This document shows positions 20,108-28,581 of a DNA stretch of 28,581 nt, piece by piece (within the stretch, counting starts at the first letter, position 1; each line of letters starts with the position of its first letter). The stretch is from contig NW_021833532.1 in the NCBI RefSeq assembly GCF_006345805.1, forward strand, positions 1 through 28,581. The letters run 5' to 3'. The position numbers and the translations under genes were made by a program. Below the pieces are notes generated by a model, which saw nothing but the letters and a program-made list of their open reading frames with translations, searched no databases and was not told the DNA's origin. The DNA comes from Octopus sinensis. Its lineage: Eukaryota.

Positions 20108-23100
20108 AAACATTATTGGTGAATTGAAGAAATGGAGCTGAACGCAGATTGAACAGAAATCGTTTTATTTCATTCTACACGTGTTTCGAAAGGCACAAAT
20201 TACCAAAATCCGATTGAATAATGGGACCATATTGTGTCTTTCTCTTTCAGAAGAAAAAAGGAAATCCGTTGGAAAAACAAAAACAGAACAGAGGCAGAGC
20301 AAAAAACAAATCGAACTGTGCTCCTAAGAGCCATGGCGAAACTGTTTATCAGTGTATGTTGAGAACCGGTGGCTGAAGAATTCAACAGGTCAGGCATCGG
20401 TCAAACATGTGGGTGGGGGTGTATAGATGTTCTTTGTGACCGAGAATAAAGTTCTGACTATTTAAAGAATATTGGATGTTTTATAAGGGGCGAGAAAAAA
20501 TCTACTTAGAGACGTGTGTGTGTGTATACTGTTCTATATATGTGTGTGTTGGCGTAGGGGTAGAAAACATTTTTTGTGTACGTGTGTGCGTTTGATCGTT
20601 CGGGCTGTCAGTGGCTACTGCCGTGATACCGTTGGGTGGCAGAAAGAAAAAAAATATAAAGAAATTATATATATTATTTTATGTTTTATGTGTGTGTGTG
20701 GTGTGTTCATCTAAGCCTACCTTGACAAGGAAACCCCCCGCTGTGAAAAAACAAGCCCCGTTTGTCTTACAGGAGTAATTTCCCTTGCAGTGGTTAATTG
20801 TAGATATCTTAAAATCTATTTCAGAATTTGTTACCAAGGGCTATGGGTGCCGGTCTTATTTATGAACGCTATTTAAAGGCCAGATAAGTGTAACGCCGCC
20901 AATGGGGGCATCGAAAAGCCGACTGTAGAGCCCGTTTACCATCCGGCCTCTGGCAAACAAAATATGGAAGAGTTCGGAGACACAAAGGTTGCACTGTCTT
21001 CTGCCCCTATCAAATGGGAGGACCACCGACAAAATTGACCATTCCAGCCTATAGCTTAAGTTCGCATCCTTCAGTCGCCATATTAGCTTACTGAGTCCCG
21101 TGGTCTGGCGCTTGTTCACGTCCCGAAAAGTTGCGTAATGGTTGGAGACACGCAAAGACAATCTTGAGGATGATGCCCCTATATAAGTGAAGGCATCTGA
21201 GTCCGTGTAAACCTTGCATTGGTAGACGGCGTTTTTGATCTTGGAGTTCGCCGACGTGAATCTTACTCTGCTAGGATTGGTTTCTGAAATTAGAACTGCG
21301 TTCCTGTCACTATATTCGTTCCGAGACCTGCAGCCGCTTACTACTCTATTTTCCACTACGTCACTATTAACTATAGGAATAACCCCTGATTCTCCACTAT
21401 CTATCAGAGTGCTGTCATTGCTACTGCCCGTGGTACTGCTATTGCGGGAAATGATGCTGGGGATGCTAAAGGGGCTCTCTAACCCTACTCCCATTGTTAC
21501 CATCAACCACAACACCCCTATTTATAACTATACCCCTAGTGGGTACTCCCTGGCTGGAGCTGAGATTATGTGTCACTGTACTGGCTCTCATATCATTATT
21601 ACTACTATAATTATTCCTACTGAGCATTAAGCCGGGAGCGGAAGAGGCTGTGCCTCCGGAAAAAGGTGATAGGGTCTTAGTAAGTAGCCTATTATTATGG
21701 GAGGCGATTATCTGGGCGAGTTTTTTAGTGTTGGAGAAAGCTATCCTAACTTTATGTGAGTTAACCGTGGAGTAATATTTGGAATTTCTGGGGAAGTTAT
21801 TGGCGATGGCTTGTCTAAACATGAGGGGGAGGTTAGTTCTAATCTGCTTACCAAAGGGGATTACAAACCATATATGCTTATTCCTATCAGTGTGATGGGT
21901 CGGGACGCCAGCTCTCGCATTTGGGTGGGTGATTCTCGGATGAATAACGGGTCTTGGGTAGTGTAAGACCTCCGGACCGATAATTATCCTTGTTCGCTAA
22001 ATTAAATGCGGGAGCGACTACCCCGGTATCCGCCGCGCTCCCGTCCTTACTAAAATGTTAATGTTATTATATACGGCCCTATCCTGATGACCGAATGATG
22101 GCATCGGAAGGGCCGGATCAATATAAATTACCTTCTGCCTATACCGGCCTTGGATAGTGCGGCGTTATAAAATCCGCTTTCTGCATAAAATATCGGCACT
22201 GGCGGACAGGCCAGACAATCTTAGAGAGATGTTTTAACCAAATTGTCTGTTACGGTTTTGGCATGATTTGAGAAGACACTGACATACTTCAAATTAGTGG
22301 AAGGCTTATGGTAAGGGCAGTATGAGTCGCTATTAAGGTTAAGTGTAACGTCTAGGAAATTAGCCTTGGTGAGTTCGTTATCAAAAACTATACTCATGCC
22401 CATTCTATTAAAAAACCTAGCTAACCTGCTCTTAGTTTTCTGCACTATTCTGTTCGTGGTGTTTTGCAGGTAAAACAGACAATCGTCACGATACAGCCGC
22501 CCGCGATTTCCGGGAATTGATCGGACAATTCGTAGAGAATATATTCCGACCAAATCGGCTATCTGCGCACTATCCGAACTACCCATAGGCACATCAAATT
22601 CATTGGGAGTATCCTTACGGATCCACAGCTTATTATCAAACTTAATAAACGATTTCCTGGCAACTAAAATGATATCTATCTCTTCTCTGGTGAGGCCTGC
22701 CTTGTTGTGAGCATGCCAGAGGGCCTTATTTAGCACACTAGGGTTAATCGAGGGGTAGAAGCTGGCGATATCAAACTGAATGAACCTAGTACGGTTCTTA
22801 TTGGGGATGGAAGAGAACCACTTCACTACCTGCGAGGAGTTGGCCCAGAGGCTGAGCTTCAGCTTGTTTACTAAACTAGGGATATATTTATCTAAAATGT
22901 ACTTACTGATTATCCCGATATCAGATCTAGCAGGGCATATGAGTCTTAGCGCTGGGTTGGTGTGGAAGTTAGGTTTATGGTCCTTCACTATAAATCTGGG
23001 TTGCTTGGGGCTAAGCGGCTGAGTTCTCATTTGAATTCGGTGTTTAAATATTATATCCTTAATTTCCAAGTTTACCTTCCTCAGGGTACTCCAATTGGTT

Positions 23101-23485
23101 TTTCTATAATTTTTCTTGATCTCTTTACCGAGTAAATCTAGGTACTGCTTAATGGGCATCTTGTATGTGTTCCTGGTCTTGTCGGACTGGACCAGGACTC
23201 CGTCCGTTCTATTAATGTCCTTGGTAATTTTATCTAGGTATCTGAGGTGGGCATTTCTCCTGGGTGACTTCCTGAAATAAAACGATTTCTGTTCAATCTG
23301 CGTTCAGCTCCATTTCTTCAATTCACCAATAATGTTTTAATTTCAATTATCCGCACCAACGCACGGTTGCAACGCCAGATGGTTGTACCTCCAACCGTGC
23401 TGTTCACTGCTGTGATTTTTGCTACTAAGGTATCGGTTAAACTTTTGATTAATCCACTACAAGATTATTCATCTTTCTATTTCAC

Positions 23486-23489
<4 letters not shown>
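20108..23489 (-). mobile_element. Penelope-like retroelement (RT + C-terminal GIY-YIG, resembling the Hydra group), 5'-truncated and frameshifted, with an inverted terminal segment
   Basis: RT: SDKTRN, KDHK, FDIASFYPSI, FDVPMGSSDSAQIADLVG, YRDD, ANFLDVTLNL, YHKP. Thumb: HIWFVIPFGK, IIASHN. EN: AVYQC..YIGASS..RVSNH..LSKLIWRLK..CNLC..E, with frameshifted RCPHW ending at TAG 20869. 20108-20172 is inverted at 23273-23337. Confidence 0.93.
20167..20263 (-). ncRNA. Type I hammerhead-ribozyme-like motif with a non-canonical core
   Basis: Minus strand: CUGAAAGA (20250-20243), stem II GAAAG-A-CACAA / UUGUG-C-CUUUC, GAAAC, palindromic stem III ACACGUGU, GUA triplet (cut between 20176 and 20175). The core has one extra nt and stem I is weak or offset. 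Confidence 0.6.

Positions 23490-23541
<52 letters not shown>
23490..23541. repeat. Perfect (TA)n microsatellite
   Basis: Seen directly in the sequence. Confidence 0.97.
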
Positions 23542-23542
<1 letters not shown>

Positions 23543-23652
23543 TCCTTAAAAATGTTTTAGCCCTAGGCCATGGCCATGCTGGGGCACCACCGCTGAATGA
23601 GCTACACTAATTTGTGAATCCACCTCTGATACGTGGCACTTGATCAACAAGG
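23542..23652 (-). mobile_element. CR1 family A extreme 3' end (111 bp), fused head-to-head to the next copy
   Basis: Reverse complement of 24163-24274, with about 6 differences. Confidence 0.93.
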
Positions 23653-24282
23653 TCCTATGGAAAACATTCGTCCTCAGCCGCTTGACTACTGCTCCCAACT
23701 GTGGTCACCACACAATATAAAACTAACAGCAGAACTCGAAGCAATTCAGAGAAGCTACACAAAGAAAATCGTCTCAATGCAAAATATCAGCTACTGGGAG
23801 ACTGAAGGTATTAAACCTCTTCTCCCTAGAGCGGAGGCGGGAGAGATATGTGGTGATATACATCTGGAAATTCCTGGAGGGTCTTGTCCCAACTTTGGCA
23901 TTCAAAGTTACCCCAACCGCAGACGGGGCGCCACTGCATGGTGCCAAGGATTCCAACACACCATCAAAATACAGGTCCAGATACTGCAACGCTTGGGTTT
24001 CAGAGGACCACAGCTCTTTAACATCCTCCCTAAATGCCTGAGAGACTTACATGTTGTGGATGTGGGTTTCTTTAAAACTAAACTGGATCTCTTCTTGTCG
24101 GGAGTCCCGGATGAACCTACCTCACGACAGGAGACACAGATGCGGGCAGCAGCATCGAACTCCCTTGTTGACCAAGTGCCACGTATCAGAGGTGGATTCA
24201 CAAATTAGTGTAGCTCATTCAGCGGTGGTGCCCCAGCATGGCCGCGGCCTTCGGGTTAAAACATTTTTAAGGATTTAAGGAT
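23651..24282 (+). mobile_element. 5'-truncated CR1 family A copy with (TTTAAGGA)n-type tail
   Basis: Runs from (V)LWKTFVLSRLDYC to QVPRIRGGFTN* with frameshifts, and ends aaaacatttttaaggatttaagga. Confidence 0.95.
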
Positions 24283-24352
24283 ATATATATATGTATATAT
24301 ATATCTATATATATATATGTATATATATATGTATATATATATGTATATATAT
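24283..24352. repeat. (TA)n microsatellite
   Basis: Seen directly in the sequence. Confidence 0.96.
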
Positions 24353-25207
24353 GTTAGTTAGTTAATTTGGCTCAAAAGCAAATAGCAAGGCCATGTAGGG
24401 GGACATGGAGTTAAGTACAGGGTGGTGTTCATGTAAAGAGTTCAGGCCACTTGAGGTCCAGGGAGGCTTTGAACAAAGCGGTCGTCGGCATCTTCACCAT
24501 CTCGTCTGGCAGCTTGCTCCACGGATCCGCAACCCGGACGGAGAAAGCTCCTCTCCTTCGATTGAGATGAAATCGTCGCAGGTAGAGCTTTTCGGAATGG
24601 CCCTGCAGCCGACGCTCCGGGGCAGGAGTGAAGAACAGCTCTTTCGAGAGGTTACACTTCCCGCTTATGATGTTGTGGGCGAGAATGAGATCACCACGGC
24701 GGCGGCGTTGTTCAAGAGAATAAAGGTCGAGTGTCCTCAGCCTTTCTTCGTAGGACAAATTTTTGAGACCATGAACCATGCGGGTAGCCAGCCTCTGGAC
24801 TCTTTCGAGATGCTGTATGTCTTTGAGGAAATAAGGAGAAGAGGCTTGAATCCCATACTCCAATATGGGTCTCACCAGCGTGACATAAAGTGGTAGGAAT
24901 ATGGCTGCTGTGAGCATTCCGAATGACCGTCGAATCAAAAGCAGAATTCCGCGCGCTTTGTTGGCAGCATGGACGCACTGGGCCGAAGGCGAAAAGGAGG
25001 AATCCACCAAGATACCCAGGTCCTTTACCTGATCGGTCCTCTCCAGCAGCAGACGACCCGGCTCGAAATCAAGTTGAGTTGCAGGAGGAGAGCCAACAGG
25101 CAGATGACAGCACTTTGACACATTCAGACACAGGTCCCAATCGTTAGACCACTTCCAAATTTGGTGGAGGCATCGACGAAGATCCTCTATACTACCGCGA
25201 GGAGCGG
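24353..25207 (-). mobile_element. 5'-truncated CR1 family B copy with an uninterrupted ORF2 C-terminus
   Basis: The frame is open from EDLRRCLHQIWKWSNDWDLCLNVSKC through ORF 24429-25121 to KWPELFT*; (TAAC)n tail at 24353-24365. Confidence 0.95.
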
Positions 25208-25243
25208 TATATATATATGTATGTATATATATGTATATATATG

Positions 25244-25273
<30 letters not shown>
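25208..25273. repeat. (TA)n microsatellite
   Basis: Seen directly in the sequence. Confidence 0.96.
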
Positions 25274-25275
<2 letters not shown>

Positions 25276-28200
25276 AATCCTTAAATCCTTAAAAATGTTT
25301 TAGCCCGAAGGCCGCGGCCATGCTGGGGCACCACTGCTGAATGAGCTACACTAGTTTGTGAATCCACCTCTGATATGTGGCACTTGATCAACAAGGGAGT
25401 TCGATGCTGCTGCCCGCATCCGCGTCTCCTGTCGTGAGGTAGGTTCATCTGGGACTCCCAACAAGAAGAGATCCAGTTTAGTTTTAAAGAAACCCACATC
25501 CACACCATGTAAGTCTCTCAGGCATTTAGGGAGGATGTTAAAGAGCTGTGGTCCTCTGAAACCCAAGCTGTTGCAGTATCTGGACCTGTATTTTGATGGT
25601 GATGTTGGAATCCTTGGCACCACGCAGCGGTGCCCCGTTCTGCGGTTGGAGTAACTTTGAATGCCAAAGTTTGGGACAAGACCCTCCAGGATTTTCCAGA
25701 TGTATATCACTGCATATCTCTCCCGCCTCTGCTCTAGGGAGAAGAGGTTTAATACCTTCAGTCTTTCCCAGTAGCTGATATTTTTTATTGAGACGATTTT
25801 CTTTGTGTAGCTTCGCTGAATTGCTTCGAGTTCTGCTGTTTGTTTTATATTGTGTGGTGACCAAAGTTGGGAGCAGTAGTCCAAGCGGCTGAGGACGAAT
25901 GTTTTCCATAGGACCATCAGTGTCTCCTTCTCTCTTGTTCTGAAAGTTCGGAGAATCCATCCAGCTAGCCGTCTGCATTTTATCACCAGATTAGCAATAT
26001 GCATTTGGAAAGATGCATCATTGCTCATGTCAATGCCCAGGTCACGCACTGATTTTGACTCAGGGATTGCAATTCTTCTGGGCCAGTGTATCCAGTCTTC
26101 ACGTCATTTACCTTTGTGTGCCAATAGCGCAGGGCCTGGAACTTACCTGCATTAAACTGCATGTTGTTGTCCTCAGCCCACCTGTATATTGTGTCCAGCT
26201 CATGTTGCAGATGCGCAATATTTTCAAGGTTTTGTATTGCGTGGGAGACTTTTGTGTCATCTGCATAGCTAGCAAGGGTGGTCATCGTAGCAACTGAAGG
26301 CATGTCTGAAAGGGCCACTATGAACATCAGTGGCCCCAAGACAGTGCCCTGTGGGACACCGCTGTTATTTGCGTTTCCTTGGAGGTGGCTCCATTGCTCA
26401 CAACTGCCTGTTTTCTGTCTTTTAGGAAGTTGTGCAGCCACTCTCCAAGTTTCCCGCCTATGCCGAGACCACGCAGTTTGTGACAGATCATACCATGGTT
26501 GACTTTATCAAAGGCTTTTGCAAAGTCGAGATATATTACATCCACATTTGAGCCATTTAGTAGCTGTTTCAACACCCAGTCATAGTGTTGCAGGAGCTGT
26601 GTTAGGCAGCCTCTACCTGGTCGAAATCCATGCTGGGTGTCAGACAGCAAGTCATTTTCTTCAAGGAACATGATTAGTTTCTTACGGACTATTCGTTTAC
26701 TGATGTGTGAGGTCAGAGAGATAGGCCTATAATTTTTAGCATCTGCTCTGCTACCTCCCTTATGGATAGGGCATATTACCCCCTCTTTCAATTTGACTGG
26801 GAGCTTACCACTTGCAAGAAAGCTCTGAAAAAGAAGCTGTAGCGGTTTTGCAAGGGCTCATTTGCACGATTTGAGAAGGATCACTGGGAATCCATCAGGT
26901 CCAGCAGCTGAGTTTGTGTCAATCTCATCAATGGCTAGTGTGATATCATCATCTTCGATGTTGATGTACTCAATTTTTGTCTCTTTGGCCACAGGTAAAG
27001 TGGCAAGAATTCTTCTGGGTTGTTTACTTGCCTGTGTCCTAAAGGTGTAGTGAACACACTTTGGAACTGTTCGTTCAGTATTTCACTTATCCTCGTGGGA
27101 TTTCCTGTGAGAGAGCCAATTTTTTGGAAGAGAGAGGTCCTATTCTCTGGGTGCACTGTGGCTGTTGTCTCTTTGCAAACTTAAAGAAAGCTTTAGGGTT
27201 TGATTTATATTTTCTATTACCCAAGCTTCTTTATCTGCTCTCTCCTTTTCATGGAACTGATGTAGACTTTTCTCAGTTTCCATTAGCATTTTTCGAGCCG
27301 AGACTTCTCACCTCTTTTGGTGTGCTTGCTCAGGCGGTTTTGCAATCCATTGTCGTCGTCTCATAAGAATCCTCTTTCTTAGGGATCCTGTTTTTGTTTT
27401 GTTGTGTGCTGGCCCTGCACACTAGGACATATTTGTCACATATGGCTTTGTATTATGGACATGAAGGGTTTGTGTTCATGTTTATGTCCGGTGTGGAGAG
27501 ACACATTCAGGCCAATCCTGTTTGAGGATCTCTTTCTCAATCAACTCCAGTTGGCTTTATGAAAGTTTAAGTTGGAGAGATGAGATGGTGGTTGCTTGTA
27601 TAGGCTGTGGTCTGCGGGGGCTTTTGTTCCATACATAGACAGCTCTATTGTTGTGATCCGAGATCATTGTCGGCATCACATTAACATTATGGATAATATC
27701 CATATTGTTTGTGAAGCAGAGATCCATTATATTATCTGCCCTTGTTGGTTGCAGCAGAACTATTTGCTCCATGAAAGAGGCATTTGTGAGATGGAGCAGG
27801 GACTCCACCTGTGCCTACTGATGGTTGTGTCATCCTGGGAGCATCTACCCCCAGGCCATTCCACATTGGGGAGGTTAAAGTCACCCATGAAGAAGAAAAC
27901 ACTGTTGTGCTGTTCAAGGTTGGTGAGGACTTCTCCTATTTTGTTTTAGGCAGTCTTCAAACATGCCTGAGTGTTTTGGGGCATCTGGTGGGCGATATGT
28001 AGTGCATATGACGATATTCAGTTGTCTTATGTGTACAATTTGAGTTTCACATACTGAGTTTGAATATGACGCAGGACCTGGGGCGTGAGGTCATCTCGGA
28101 TGTACATTGCAACTCCACCATGGCTCCTCCCTTTTCTATCTGTGCGTATGACTGCATATGCGGCATGTGTATTTCTGCATCACCTATATCGGGTTCAAGA

Positions 28201-28330
28201 TGCGTTTCTGTGAGTGCCATGCATATAGCTTGATTGCATGTCACAGGTCTCTCAGGAATGAAATTTTTTTTTTACAGTTTCCGCGCAGCAGCTCCTACAT
28301 TCAGTAGAAATATTTTGTGGTGTGTGTGTT
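25274..28330 (-). mobile_element. Long CR1 family A copy: decayed ORF2 with APE endonuclease and RT; may continue to the window end
   Basis: APE: MALTETHL, MGDFNLP, NIMDLCFTN, ISDHN. RT: AAGPDG, PIHKGG, NYRPISLTS, QHGFR, YLDFAKAFDKV, GVPQGTVLGP, YADDTK. Many frameshifts; tail aaggatttaaggattt. Confidence 0.95.
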
Positions 28331-28581
28331 GGTGTTGGTGTCTGTGGTGGTATTTCCAGTTCCACTTTGTGCTTGTAGCCAGGTCAGCTGCTGAACAATT
28401 TTTGTGCCATGCACAAAAAAGATTGCTGTTCAGCTGCCGCCCTTCTCACATCTGGGTGAAGCTGGCCACCTGTTGGGTTTCCGCGCACACATCTTGCATA
28501 CCGTCTTTCAGTAGTGGTCAGTGTGCTTTTTTTCCCTTTTTAACTTTTTCTTTTTGTTTTTGTTCTCCCTGAGGGAGGGAC

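Noticed and set aside
20330-20400. Plus-strand GAAAC ... CTGAAGA as a second hammerhead
   Set aside because: No compatible stems I-III, and it is antisense to the element.
22075-22115. CTGATGA followed by a CCGA/TCGG hairpin, hammerhead-like
   Set aside because: The stem is followed by AAG rather than GAAA, there is no stem III or UH site, and it is antisense to the PLE.
20856-23272. Selenoprotein/SECIS-type PLE
   Set aside because: The endonuclease is C-terminal, interruptions are frameshifts or UAA/UAG rather than in-frame UGA at Cys positions, and no SECIS-like fold was seen.
28331-28581. CR1 ORF1 C-terminus upstream of the APE domain
   Set aside because: Plausible by position, but no ORF1 motif is readable and the window ends here.

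Overview
AT-rich, repeat-dense animal genomic DNA. The SINE families look like those of octopod cephalopods (inferred from recalled family sequences, not from a search). One host gene is present: five + strand coding exons of RNF41/NRDP1 (E3 ubiquitin ligase) at 4935-5234, 7636-7767, 11085-11164, 12859-13100 and 15272-15375. They splice in frame with GT-AG borders to 285 aa; the first coding exon is not in the window. The rest is transposons and microsatellites: CR1-clade LINEs of at least three families, a nearly intact RTE LINE, an older BovB-like RTE fragment, a Penelope-like element (RT + C-terminal GIY-YIG), a decayed DD37D Tc1/mariner, three tRNA-type SINE families and long (TA)n arrays that bound almost every LINE/PLE insertion. 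Best leads: (1) a complete C4HC3 PHD finger inserted inside the RT domain of the RTE; (2) a non-canonical hammerhead-like motif in the Penelope-like element, whose predicted cut site lies 3 nt from where its inverted terminal copy begins; (3) inverted SINEs closely flanking a 300-nt stop-free RNF41 exon; (4) a CR1 insertion with two outward-facing 3' ends; (5) a 3' stem-loop shared by a SINE and CR1 LINEs. TE boundaries are approximate and all alignments were done by eye.
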